The notes under the pieces are model-generated. The model searched no databases, was not told the DNA's origin, and was given only the letters and a program-made list of their open reading frames with translations. The translations under genes and the position numbers were made by a program. Of a stretch of 64,000 nt of DNA, positions 27,342 through 36,559 are shown one piece after another (position 1 is the first letter of the stretch; every line of letters begins with the position of its first letter). Source of the stretch: an uncultured Gemmatimonadales bacterium (GTDB lineage: Bacteria > Gemmatimonadota > Gemmatimonadetes > Gemmatimonadales > GWC2-71-9); assembly GCA_963815325.1 (NCBI GenBank), contig CAWFGG010000010.1:213631-277630 (forward strand), given 5' to 3'.

Positions 27342-28718
27342 TCACGGCGTGCGCGGTTGGTAGATAAAGTATGGGGCACCCAGCTCGCCGCCCACGGAGT
27401 CTGCTTCCTCGCGGGTTTGATACGGGCCGATGACCACGCGATACCCTTCGTCGCCTTGGCGCGGAGCCATGACGGAGGCGGACAGTCCCGCGGCACTCAG
27501 CCGAGTGGCGAAATCCTCTGCCCACTTGGGGTTCTGCGAGCTGCTCACCTGCAAGTAGATGCGCGGCCTGTCCCCAGGCTCACCGGCCTGGTCGTCTACG
27601 GGCGTCTCGTCGGGCCCGCTCGGCGCTTCGGGAGACCAGCTGAGCGGCAGGTAGAAGTCGACGGCCCCATGCGCGATCCTCTGCACTTCCGGGAAGAGTT
27701 CGTCGGTCAAGTCGAGCGCCACGACATCGTCGCCCTGCCTGACCAGCGCGATGTCGCCGATGATAACCGGGAGGTCATCGGCCCAGGCTCCGGCGATCGT
27801 TCCCCGATATTTCCCTGCCGCCACGTCCACCAGCCAGATCGAATCGACACCTGCCGGGCGCGCCATCAGCCACCCGCCGTAGAGCGTAGAGCGGAGAGCC
27901 TGCGGAGTACCGGGCAGAGTGATGCGGCCGATGGTCTTCTCGGCGTCCCGATCGACTTCCACCAGGCGCTTGGTGGAGCCGGAGACATAGATCCGGTTTC
28001 CCGCAGGCGAAAAGGCAACCGCTCGAGCGGCGCCTGGGATGTCGATGGTTCGCGGACGGCCATCCTTGGGGTTCAGCACGACGAGCGCGCTGTCCGCCGC
28101 GATGGCGAGGAGATCGCCCCAGGAGCTGACGGCGGTGGGGCCGTCGGGCAGATCGACCACGGAGGGGTCGTTGTCGGGCCGCACTACCGCCAGCCGCTGC
28201 GGCGCTCCAGTGAGCACGGCCACCACATCGTGTTGCAGGGTTCCGAACAAGCGCTGCGGTGTACCGACCATTTTCCGGCCCCACCGAGCCGGCGTGCGGC
28301 GGTGGAGTTCGGTGACCGAGCTGTCGGTCCCAACGGCGAACAGCGCACCGTCGGGTGCCAGGAAGGCGTCGTAGACGTCCTCCACAAACACGTTCACCTT
28401 GCCGGTCTCCAGGTCCAGGCCGACGATTTGCTTGTCGCGATCGAGGGCGAACACCAGCCGCTGGTCCAGGTCGGTCCCGATGGGCCGGCGCAAGGCCGGC
28501 AGGGCGTCGGGTGTGCGGGGCCACGGGACCTCCGCCAGCGTGGGCGCCCGGTATAACGTCGGAACCCCGCCATCGTCGGGCATCCGGAGCAGGGTGGTGC
28601 TGGCGGTAACCTGGGTGAGCGCAGCGAAGTCGCCGAGGGACTGCCCAGCCCGCTCACCTCCGCATCCGGCGAGGGCCCAGAGCCCGCAGGCGGCGAGCGG
28701 AAGAAATCGTGTCGGCAC
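27342..28718 (-). CDS. Lipoprotein with beta-propeller-like region and C-terminal SPOR domain
   Basis: Lipobox LAGC; propeller-like blades (AVAFSPAGNRIYV); SPOR YLQVSS...YRVVIGPYQTREEA; start GTG 28718 (ORF-track extension belongs to the Omp85 gene). Confidence 0.8.
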   Translation of the reverse strand: MPTRFLPLAACGLWALAGCGGERAGQSLGDFAALTQVTASTTLLRMPDDGGVPTLYRAPTLAEVPWPRTPDALPALRRPIGTDLDQRLVFALDRDKQIVGLDLETGKVNVFVEDVYDAFLAPDGALFAVGTDSSVTELHRRTPARWGRKMVGTPQRLFGTLQHDVVAVLTGAPQRLAVVRPDNDPSVVDLPDGPTAVSSWGDLLAIAADSALVVLNPKDGRPRTIDIPGAARAVAFSPAGNRIYVSGSTKRLVEVDRDAEKTIGRITLPGTPQALRSTLYGGWLMARPAGVDSIWLVDVAAGKYRGTIAGAWADDLPVIIGDIALVRQGDDVVALDLTDELFPEVQRIAHGAVDFYLPLSWSPEAPSGPDETPVDDQAGEPGDRPRIYLQVSSSQNPKWAEDFATRLSAAGLSASVMAPRQGDEGYRVVIGPYQTREEADSVGGELGAPYFIYQPRTP

Positions 28719-28801
28719 CGGCAAAAGATAGACGCGAACGCGGGCCACATCCAGCCCGGACCGGTGCTGGACGTGGCCCGCGGAGCCCGGCGGCGGGGGG
28801 G

Positions 28802-31800
28802 CTAGAAGGCCGGACCCAGGCTCAACGTCCAGTAATTCCCGATGTTCCGGTCCAGCGGGAAGTTCCAGTCGGCCCGCAGGATCAGGAAGTTGAAGAAGTT
28901 CATGCGGAGCGCGAGGCCCGCGGTGCTCAAAGGAGTTCGGACCCGAATCGGGTCGTCGCCCGCCTCGCGGGTGAACTTGAGGGTGCTGTTCTCGTTCCAC
29001 GCCAAGCCCACGTCGTAGAACAGGGCGCCTTCGATGGGTGGCAGACCGCGCGGCACGAAACCCATGTCCGGCGTGAGAATGGGGAACCGGAGCTCGGCGC
29101 TGGCCACGGCCAGTTGGGTGCCCAGCATGCGGTCGAGTTCGACGCATCCGGTCTCGGCCTGCAAATCGACCCAGGGTGTTGCACTCGTTCCGGTAGTAGG
29201 AGCCCGACGTGTTGCCGCGCAACAGATCCGTCGAGCCCATGAAGACATCGAACCGATCGGCGTCGGGACCGATGCGGCCGAAGTAGAGCGCGCGGGTGGC
29301 GAGCACGAAGGGTCCGGGCAACCGGTCGTAGCGTCGGTAGTCGAGGGTCCCTTGGGTAAAGTCCCAGCCACCGATGGTACGGGAGAGTTCCAGCGATAGC
29401 GCCGGCCCATGAATGGGGCCGTCCAGCCGAACAGGGTGTTGTCGAACACCATGGCGACGCTTGGCTGCACGAAGTTCGTGCTGCCCAAGGATCGTTCTAC
29501 GATGCGGGGCTCGGCCACGAGCAAGCCCGTCTGGGGATTGTATGGCTCCTCGAGCGCCAGGATATCGTCTTCGATGTTGACCAGCCGCATGCCCAGCTCG
29601 ATCCGTCGGAACGTATTGAGCGGGTAGAATCCCTGGGCGAACGCCTGGCGGACGATGAGCCGCCGGATGTTGGTCACGAACGTGTTCAACCCCGGTGCCG
29701 GGTCATTCACCCGCAGCTGATCCAATTCCGCGTAGAAGACCGGGTCCTGTGAGATCCCCACCTGCCAGTTCAGCCGCCGACTCAGGTTGGTGAACGCCAC
29801 GAAGACCTGGGCTTCCTTGATCCGACCATTCAAGAATGCCGCAATCGCCAGCTGGTGATTGTTGAGCATGTCGGTCAGGACAATCGCGCTCCCGCCATAA
29901 AACCCGTTGCCGAACGTGTCTCGGCTGTAGCCGATCGACGGCCGCGACACGTAGTCCGGGCTGAGCTTGGCGCGGTACTTCCCGACGGAGAATTCGCTGG
30001 TGTCCGGCAGGTTGAGAGACACGGAGTCGAGCAGGGAAGCTACGGAAATCGGTCCGCCGGCATTCGGGACCGAGTCCACCCCCGCCACCACCTGGCCCGC
30101 GGCGCGGAAGCCACGCGGAGTCCGATAGATGGTGCCGCCCTCGCGCACCTGGGGCTGCACTTTCGGCGGCGCCTCCAGCACGCCGGGCGGAACCGCCGCA
30201 GAGTCCGGGACGGCAGCAAGTGCGGGCTCAGCTGGGGGCTGCACGTTCGGTGGGGTCTCCAACGCCCCGGGCGGAACCGCCGCGGAATCCGGGGCGGCAG
30301 CAAACACGGGCTCCAGTGGTGGAGCGGCCTCCGACTCGAAGGGGGCGCCCTTGAGCGCTCTCGGATCGTCGAGCGTGTACACGTCGAAGTTGTTCTTTTC
30401 GTAATACACGAACGCGAGACGATCCGCGTCGGCGGCCCATGAGAGCACCGGCGACTCGGGCGTGATCGACTCGGCCCCGGTGTACAGATCGGTCAGTTTG
30501 TAGATGTCCTGGGCTTCGAAATCATAGAGGAAGATGTTCGATACCCCTGTCCGATCGGACACAAACGCGAGGGAACGCCCGTCGGGGGCCCACTGCGGGC
30601 TCATGTTCTTTCCCGCATCCATGTGACGCAGCACCTCTTCCGTGCCGCTATCGAGATGGAACAGGGCGATGCGGAAGTTGCCGAAGGCCAGCGTGGCGAA
30701 GTCCGTCTCTGGTCCGCGATCCGTCACGAACGCGATGGTCCTGCCGTCGGGCGACCAGACAGGCTGGAGGTTGGCGTACTTGTCGTCAGTGAGCTTGCGA
30801 AAGCCGGTGCCGTCACGATTCACCAAGTACAGGTCTGAAATGCCGCCGTCATGGCCGGTGAACACCAGCTGCGCCCCGTCGGGGCTCCACGATGGGTTGG
30901 TGATGCCGTTGAGTTGGACCTTGATTCGCCCGACCTCTTTCCCGTTCTCCCCGTTGATGATGACGATGTCGTCCTGGGCCTTGCGGCCGGCCGCGATGGC
31001 GAGGAATTGGCCGTCCGGCGACCAGCTCATGCTTGCCTTCAGAAAGCGGAGGGTCCGGAAATTGGGATCGAAGGTCGACTTGACCAGGCGGCGCTTGACC
31101 TTGCCGGTAGTCGCGTCCGCCAGATACAGATCGATGAAGAAGAAGTCCTTCTCGCTCAGGTACGCGATGGTGGAGCCGTCCGGCCTCAGGGCCGGGGCAA
31201 TGTGGTATCGGCCCTCGGATCGCTCCTCGGTCAAGACGGGCGACGCGACCACCCGGGCCTTGACTCGGTCCTTGATCTCGGGGAGATACTGCTTCTGGAC
31301 ATCGTCGCGCCACTGCTCGATGAGCTGAAGTACCGTCACGCCGAGCACCCGGCGGAACGAGCCCTCGATGCCGCCGGTCACCGTGCCCTGGAGGAGGGCG
31401 CCGATGGCCTCGTCGCCCCACCGCCGTCCAATGTAGGCCATGATCGAGTGGCCATATCGGTAGGGGAAGACCCGTTCCAACTGGCGCAGGGTCGGCAGGT
31501 CTCCCTCGAGCGCCGCATCGCGAATCCACATGGCCGTTTGCGGCGTGATATCGCCAAGCGAGAGGTACTCGGCCATGCCTTCGGCGAACCACAACGGTGG
31601 GTTGACCCGCAGAATGGTTGAGAGCCCGGAGCCAGCCTTGCCACGGCTCCAGACGTCATATTGGAATTGGTGCACCATTTCGTGCTGGAGCACGTGCTCG
31701 AATTCGGAATAGGAGCCTGTGAACGGCAAAATGGCGCGGTGCTTGAAAAAATCCGTAACGCCGCCCGTGCCCTCCCCAACATTGAGCGTATTGGTCTGTT

Positions 31801-32083
31801 CGAAATCCGCGCTCGAGGCGTACAGAATGATCGGCTTCCGCTCCTTGAACTCATGGCTCAGGATGCGGGAGAGGCGCGCATAGGCGCGCTCGGCCATCCG
31901 GGCGGCGTCCATGGCCGCCGTGCGCTCCCGCTGATAGAAGTAGATATCGAAATGCTCGGTCTTGATGACCTGGAAGTCGAATTTGGTGTACTGGACCTTG
32001 TTTTTCCCGAAGTACTGGGCAGCGCTCACCCCCGGCAAACCGATGACGCACGCCATTACCAACCATGCTGTCCGTCTCGACAT
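28802..32083 (-). CDS. Omp85/BamA-TamA-family protein with N-terminal zincin peptidase and TolB-like PD40 propeller (internal compensating frameshifts)
   Basis: Signal peptide; HEMVH..WFAEGMAEY; repeated PSWSPDG/PVWSPDG blades; beta-barrel with ELRFP, terminal LGPAF. Confidence 0.88.
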   Translation of the reverse strand: MSRRTAWLVMACVIGLPGVSAAQYFGKNKVQYTKFDFQVIKTEHFDIYFYQRERTAAMDAARMAERAYARLSRILSHEFKERKPIILYASSADFEQTNTLNVGEGTGGVTDFFKHRAILPFTGSYSEFEHVLQHEMVHQFQYDVWSRGKAGSGLSTILRVNPPLWFAEGMAEYLSLGDITPQTAMWIRDAALEGDLPTLRQLERVFPYRYGHSIMAYIGRRWGDEAIGALLQGTVTGGIEGSFRRVLGVTVLQLIEQWRDDVQKQYLPEIKDRVKARVVASPVLTEERSEGRYHIAPALRPDGSTIAYLSEKDFFFIDLYLADATTGKVKRRLVKSTFDPNFRTLRFLKASMSWSPDGQFLAIAAGRKAQDDIVIINGENGKEVGRIKVQLNGITNPSWSPDGAQLVFTGHDGGISDLYLVNRDGTGFRKLTDDKYANLQPVWSPDGRTIAFVTDRGPETDFATLAFGNFRIALFHLDSGTEEVLRHMDAGKNMSPQWAPDGRSLAFVSDRTGVSNIFLYDFEAQDIYKLTDLYTGAESITPESPVLSWAADADRLAFVYYEKNNFDVYTLDDPRALKGAPFESEAAPPLEPVFAAAPDSAAVPPGALETPPNVQPPAEPALAAVPDSAAVPPGVLEAPPKVQPQVREGGTIYRTPRGFRAAGQVVAGVDSVPNAGGPISVASLLDSVSLNLPDTSEFSVGKYRAKLSPDYVSRPSIGYSRDTFGNGFYGGSAIVLTDMLNNHQLAIAAFLNGRIKEAQVFVAFTNLSRRLNWQVGISQDPVFYAELDQLRVNDPAPGLNTFVTNIRRLIVRQAFAQGFYPLNTFRRIELGMRLVNIEDDILALEEPYNPQTGLLVAEPRIVERSLGSTNFVQPSVAMVFDNTLFGWTAPFMGRRYRWNSPVPSVAGTLPKGPSTTDATTGCPDPSCSPPARSTSAASVPTPIGSMSSWARRICCAATRRAPTTGTSATPWVDLQAETGCVELDRMLGTQLAVASAELRFPILTPDMGFVPRGLPPIEGALFYDVGLAWNENSTLKFTREAGDDPIRVRTPLSTAGLALRMNFFNFLILRADWNFPLDRNIGNYWTLSLGPAF
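30151..30313 (-). repeat. Intragenic tandem duplication, two copies with 84-bp (28-aa) period
   Basis: EPVFAAAPDSAAVPPGALETPPNVQPPA / EPALAAVPDSAAVPPGVLEAPPKVQPQV; DNA copies begin at 30151 and 30235. Confidence 0.88.
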
Positions 32084-32099
32084 GAGCTACCTCAAACCT

Positions 32100-32480
32100 T
32101 TAGGAGCTGGCCAGCAGCTCCGGTGCATCACCCCACAACCGCTCCAGCTGATAGAACGCGCGGGTCTCGGGATGAAAGACATGAATCACGAAATCCACAT
32201 AGTCCAACAATACCCACCGGCCGCCTCGAACGCCCTCAATGTGGTGGGCCCGGTGCCCGTGCTGCCGCAACCGCTCCTCCACCACGTCGGCGATGCCACG
32301 CACGTGGGCATCAGAGGTCCCTGATGCAATGACGAAGAAGTCGGTGGCATCGCTCACATGTCGGAGATCGAGGACCACGATTTCCCGGCCCTTGCGGTCC
32401 TCGACCGCCTCTACGGCGAGGGCGATTGGCTCGGGGAGCCGAGCCGGCCGCGGGGACCGTTCAGCCGGTGTGCGGGCCAC
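32100..32480 (-). CDS. rsfS: Ribosome silencing factor
   Basis: DRKGREIVVLDLR, DFFVIASG.S..HV, WVLLDYVDFVIHVF..R.FY.LERLWGDA; start approximate. Confidence 0.94.
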   Translation of the reverse strand: MARTPAERSPRPARLPEPIALAVEAVEDRKGREIVVLDLRHVSDATDFFVIASGTSDAHVRGIADVVEERLRQHGHRAHHIEGVRGGRWVLLDYVDFVIHVFHPETRAFYQLERLWGDAPELLASS

Positions 32481-34329
32481 GGGCCTCCTCGGTTGGGCGC
32501 TGGGCGTCTCGGCGGTCCGGGCTATCCTCGACTTGGTAAAAGACGGCCCAGGCGCCGGCACCCACGTGGGTAGCCAACGCGGCGGTTGCGGGGGACACCA
32601 GGCAATCACGGGGCGCAAACCTGGCCACCATGGCGCTCCGGACCTCCTCGGCCACCTCGGGCGCGTCCACGTGTACCACCCCGAGCCGGAACCGCTCCGG
32701 CCGGGGGGTCAAGCGCTGGTCCAGCAGTGCCACCATCCGGGGCAGGACATTGGCGCGGCCGCGCACCCGATCGAGTGGAATCACGGCGCCGCTCGCGTCG
32801 AGGCCCAGTATGGGTTTGACGTCCAGCATCCCGGCCAGCCACGCCTTGCCGCGGCTGACCCGGCCCGAGCGAAGCAGGTTGTCGAACTGGTCGACCGTCA
32901 AGAGGAGGCCCGACCGGCCCCGGATGTGCTCGAGCTCGGCCACGATCTTGGGGACCGGCCAGCCGGACTCCGCAAGCTCCGCCGCCCGGAGGGCCAACAG
33001 CCCAACCCCGAGCGAGGCCGAACGGCTGTCCACCAGATGGATGCCATCCAGCTTGGCCGCCCGGACCGCGGCCTGGACCGACTGGAAAGTTCCCGACAAG
33101 GCCGACGAGAGCAGCACCACGATTACTTCGGCGGCCTCGGCTCTCGCGTCCCTCAGGACCTGAACGATCTCGGCAGGGGTCGGCTGGGATGTGGTGGGGA
33201 TGGTCCGGCTGGTCCTGAGACGACGGAAGAACTCGGCGGGGGTGAGCTCGACCCGATCCCGGAACGTCTCGTCCCCGAACATCACCTGAAGCGGCACCAA
33301 CGCGATCGCGTGGCGGTCCAGCAGGGTGTCGGATAGGTCCGCAGAACTGTCCGCCACCACTGCGACCGCGCGCTGGGTTTCGTGTGACAGGCCACGATGT
33401 TGGGCCCGCATGTCATCCGCTTTGCGGCTCGTGATCGTGCCCCATTGCGCCACATGGGCATAGACGGCCTCGGGCTCATCGGTGTGCACATGGATCTTGA
33501 GCACATCCATGGCCTCCGCCACGACGAGCGACCCACCAAACTTGCGCAGCTGGGCGCGGACCTGGTTGGCAGGCGGGAACCCCGTGCCCTCTATGAGCAC
33601 TTCGGTGCAATACTGGTAATCCCGTTCCGCGTCGACCAGGGCGATGGCGGCCGGCACCATGGCCGAAACCTCTTTCTCCGAGACGCGCCCGACCGGCTCG
33701 ATCGGTTCTCCATCGACCAAGCGGACCATGCCCTCGATCATCCGGACAAATCCCTTGCCGCCGGCGTCCACCACGCCCGCCTCCTTGAGGACAGCCAATA
33801 GCTCTGGCGTCGCTGCCAGGGCCTCCTTCCCGCGGGTCAGCATTCTGTGGAGGAAGTGCCGGATGTCCGGTGAGTCGGCCGCCGCCCGCTGCGCCTCCTC
33901 GGCGGCTTGGCGCGCGACAGTGAGAATCGTGCCCTCGCGGGGATCGTCGATTGAGTTGTAGAGGTGCTCGGCGCCTCGTCTGACCGCGTTGGCCAGCTCT
34001 CGCACCGTCGCGCTCGGGAGGTGGTCCAGAGCCTCCGCAACTCCGAGGAGGAAGTGTGCCAGCATCATGCCCGAGTTGCCCCGCGCACCCATAACGGCCG
34101 CGCGGGCCATGGTGCGGGCCGTCTCGTTGAGCGGCGCCTCTCCGAGTGATTCGAGCGCGTCGGCGACCGAGCGGAGCGTCAGACTGAAATTGGTGCCGGT
34201 ATCGCCGTCAGGTACCGGAAACACATTGATCCGGTTGATCTCCTCCCGTCCCGCCGCCACCCATTCAGACGCCGCAAATAGCGATCGGGCCAGCCGAGGG
34301 CCGTCGAGATACCCGATGCCGACGGTCAC
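32461..34329 (-). CDS. DAK2 (FakA)-DegV (FakB) fusion, fatty-acid kinase system
   Basis: INVFPVPDGDTGTN, GARGNSG, EGTILTV, VDAGG, YCTE, KIHVHT; then DSSADL, TTSQP, SSALSGT, SGRVS, THVGAG. Confidence 0.92.
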   Translation of the reverse strand: MTVGIGYLDGPRLARSLFAASEWVAAGREEINRINVFPVPDGDTGTNFSLTLRSVADALESLGEAPLNETARTMARAAVMGARGNSGMMLAHFLLGVAEALDHLPSATVRELANAVRRGAEHLYNSIDDPREGTILTVARQAAEEAQRAAADSPDIRHFLHRMLTRGKEALAATPELLAVLKEAGVVDAGGKGFVRMIEGMVRLVDGEPIEPVGRVSEKEVSAMVPAAIALVDAERDYQYCTEVLIEGTGFPPANQVRAQLRKFGGSLVVAEAMDVLKIHVHTDEPEAVYAHVAQWGTITSRKADDMRAQHRGLSHETQRAVAVVADSSADLSDTLLDRHAIALVPLQVMFGDETFRDRVELTPAEFFRRLRTSRTIPTTSQPTPAEIVQVLRDARAEAAEVIVVLLSSALSGTFQSVQAAVRAAKLDGIHLVDSRSASLGVGLLALRAAELAESGWPVPKIVAELEHIRGRSGLLLTVDQFDNLLRSGRVSRGKAWLAGMLDVKPILGLDASGAVIPLDRVRGRANVLPRMVALLDQRLTPRPERFRLGVVHVDAPEVAEEVRSAMVARFAPRDCLVSPATAALATHVGAGAWAVFYQVEDSPDRRDAQRPTEEARGPHTG

Positions 34330-34339
34330 GGATCGAATC

Positions 34340-34786
34340 CTATTCCGGCACCACCGTGACTCGCACGCCGGCCGGTACATCGGGGTGGAGTTTGATCGAG
34401 ACCGTGTGATCCCCCAGGGTCTTGATCGGGTGTTCGAGGTCGACCTTGCGCTTATCGATGTCGAATCCCTTGGACGCCAGCGCATCGGCCACATCCTGCG
34501 CCGTGATGGACCCGAACAGCCGCTCACCCTCGCCCACCTTTCCGGGCAGCGTCAGGGTGATGCCCCGCAAGGAATCCGCCAGGCGCTCGGCGTCTCCCTT
34601 TTGGGCTGCGAGCCGGACGCCAAGCGCCCTGGTCTCTGCCGCGATGCGTTTCTTGTTGCCCTCGGTTGCCGAGTAGGCCAGCCCCTTCGGCAGCAGATAA
34701 TTCCTCGCGTAGCCCGGTCGGACCCGTACCATCTCTCCCGCACGCCCGAGCGAACTGACGTCTTGACGCAGAATGACTTCGATCAT
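34340..34786 (-). CDS. rplI: 50S ribosomal protein L9
   Basis: [46 protein letters not shown]; AGGAGG RBS. Confidence 0.97.
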   Translation of the reverse strand: MIEVILRQDVSSLGRAGEMVRVRPGYARNYLLPKGLAYSATEGNKKRIAAETRALGVRLAAQKGDAERLADSLRGITLTLPGKVGEGERLFGSITAQDVADALASKGFDIDKRKVDLEHPIKTLGDHTVSIKLHPDVPAGVRVTVVPE

Positions 34787-35742
34787 GGAGTTCCTCCTGT
34801 GAACAGTCGCTTGGCGCGCTGTCGAAATCCGACCCAGGTATCGGCCAGGCCCACGAGTACCAGACTCGCGGCCACGAACGGGAATAGCAAGAGGCCGCCA
34901 ACGAGCGCAAGCAGCAGCGGCTGCCACCCGCGGCCCTCCAGCGCAATTGCCCACACCACGGCGGCTCCACGGATGCCATAGAGCACTGCCAGCACCGCGA
35001 GCCCGTTCAGCGCCAGGGCGGTGTACGACCGGCCCATGTCGGCAAGGTACACCCCCAGGCCGGCGATGACCGCCCAGACCAAGAAGTCGCTGACGGTGAA
35101 GGCGCGAAACGGCCTCGAGCCCTCGGCTGCCTTGCCTGCAATCCGCTGGTGCCACCGCACGGCCAGAGTGCCACCGGCGACCGCCATGAGCACCGCCAGG
35201 GCAGGGGTGAGCATGGCCGCCGGTCCTACCCCCGCCGCGAACTGATCGAGGGCCACGGCTACGGCGGAGCCCGCTGGCGCCCCTCGGGTCACTTGGCCTG
35301 CGACCGTGCGATAGGTCTCCCACCCTTTGGCCTCGAGCGCCAGTTCGATCTGCCACCAGCCGATGCCGAGATAGCGGCACCAGACGCCGGTCGCGACTAC
35401 CGCCCCCGCGGCCGCCCATAGGGTCTGCGACAGGAGAGACCCTCGCCCGAGGACCACGGCAATGATGAAGGCTCCTGCGAACAGGATCCCACCCGCCCGG
35501 AGACTCTGATCCGCCAAACCTCCCGGCTGCGCAAACCACACCGCCGCCCAGGCCGCGATCGTGGCGAGCCAGAACCACTGGCGGCGCGAGGTAGGGCGGC
35601 GTAGAAGCAAGAGGCCAGCGAGCGGTCCGAGAAAGAAGACCACCATCACTGGCCAGCTGAGCAGAACATACCCACCTAGGACGAAGACCTGGCCAAGCTG
35701 CAGCCGGGAAGGTCCGGAATCGGTAAGGCCGGCAGAGGTCAG
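34783..35742 (-). CDS. DUF2232 (YybS-like) membrane protein; start either CTG 35742 or GTG/ATG 35649/35646
   Basis: Multi-TM protein ending [12 protein letters not shown], between rpsR and rplI. Confidence 0.82.
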   Translation of the reverse strand: MTSAGLTDSGPSRLQLGQVFVLGGYVLLSWPVMVVFFLGPLAGLLLLRRPTSRRQWFWLATIAAWAAVWFAQPGGLADQSLRAGGILFAGAFIIAVVLGRGSLLSQTLWAAAGAVVATGVWCRYLGIGWWQIELALEAKGWETYRTVAGQVTRGAPAGSAVAVALDQFAAGVGPAAMLTPALAVLMAVAGGTLAVRWHQRIAGKAAEGSRPFRAFTVSDFLVWAVIAGLGVYLADMGRSYTALALNGLAVLAVLYGIRGAAVVWAIALEGRGWQPLLLALVGGLLLFPFVAASLVLVGLADTWVGFRQRAKRLFTGGTP

Positions 35743-35960
35743 CCGCTATGGCCCTTGATGTAGGGGAGCAATGCCAGTTCGCGGGCCCGCTTGATGGCGG
35801 TGCTCAGTTGTCGCTGATGCCGGGCGCACGTTCCCGACAGCCTGCTGGGGAGGATCTTCCCCCGCTCCGTCAAGAACCGCGACAGCGTCCGATCGTCCTT
35901 GTAGTCGACGACCCGCACTCCCGACTCGCAAATGGTGCACGTCTTTTGTGGGCGTCTCAT
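35739..35960 (-). CDS. rpsR: 30S ribosomal protein S18 (Zn-binding type)
   Basis: [37 protein letters not shown]. Confidence 0.97.
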   Translation of the reverse strand: MRRPQKTCTICESGVRVVDYKDDRTLSRFLTERGKILPSRLSGTCARHQRQLSTAIKRARELALLPYIKGHSG

Positions 35961-36316
35961 TTGTCAACGTCCTCCGAGGCGCTGGCGTCGTCAGCGGCGG
36001 CTTCCGGGACCGTGGCCTCGGCCCGCTGGGCGGCCCCTTCGTTGGCAACCATCATGAACCGGAGCACGCTGTCGTCTAGCTTCACGGCTCGCTCGTACTC
36101 GGGTAACGTCTCGGGAGGGGTCTCGAAGCGGGCGATCACGTAATAGCCAGTTTCGTGATTTCGCAGGGGGTAGGCAAGCGTCCGCTTGCCCCAATGGTCG
36201 AGCGCCGGGCTCTCAGGAAGCCCGAGCACGGTGTGGAACCCTTCCAAGCGCTGGGAAATGGCGGCTTCGTCGAGGGCGGAATCGAAAATGTAGACCGCCT
36301 CGTATTGACGGGTCAT
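35957..36316 (-). CDS. rpsF: 30S ribosomal protein S6
   Basis: [30 protein letters not shown]; GGAAGG RBS before ATG 36316. Confidence 0.96.
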   Translation of the reverse strand: MTRQYEAVYIFDSALDEAAISQRLEGFHTVLGLPESPALDHWGKRTLAYPLRNHETGYYVIARFETPPETLPEYERAVKLDDSVLRFMMVANEGAAQRAEATVPEAAADDASASEDVDK

Positions 36317-36372
36317 AGCACCTTCCTTTGGTCTCGTCGCCCCGGCTTCAGGTGGAGGCCGAGGAGGGAATC
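36317..36372 (-). promoter_or_regulatory. Candidate S6:S18 ribosomal-protein leader RNA
   Basis: Minus strand TTCCCTCCTCGGCC...GCCGGGGCGACGAGACCAAAGGAAGG: pyrimidine arm can pair with the SD; position matches known rpsF leaders. Confidence 0.45.
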
Positions 36373-36559
36373 TGTTGGTAACGCCGTAACTTAAGCAGGC
36401 CGGGACCCCGAAGGAAGCCTGGCTCCGCCCGCCCTGGAGCGGGGGCGGCAAGGTAGATTGGGTGCCGTCGGGCGAGCCTTGGCGCTTGGTGTCGAGGCCG
36501 TCCTTCCATGCGTCCGGGTTTCTCGGTGCGCCTGCCGGCGCCTTGCCTGGGAGAGGGTG

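Noticed and set aside
28719-29321. N-terminal extension of the 659-aa SPOR ORF suggesting an overlapping gene
   Set aside because: Its first part is the true Omp85 frame exposed by compensating indels; the SPOR protein has its own lipoprotein signal from 28718.
34787-35578. Apparent 412-aa L9 with long N-terminal extension
   Set aside because: Alternate frame of the DUF2232 gene; L9 starts at ATG 34786 with an AGGAGG RBS.
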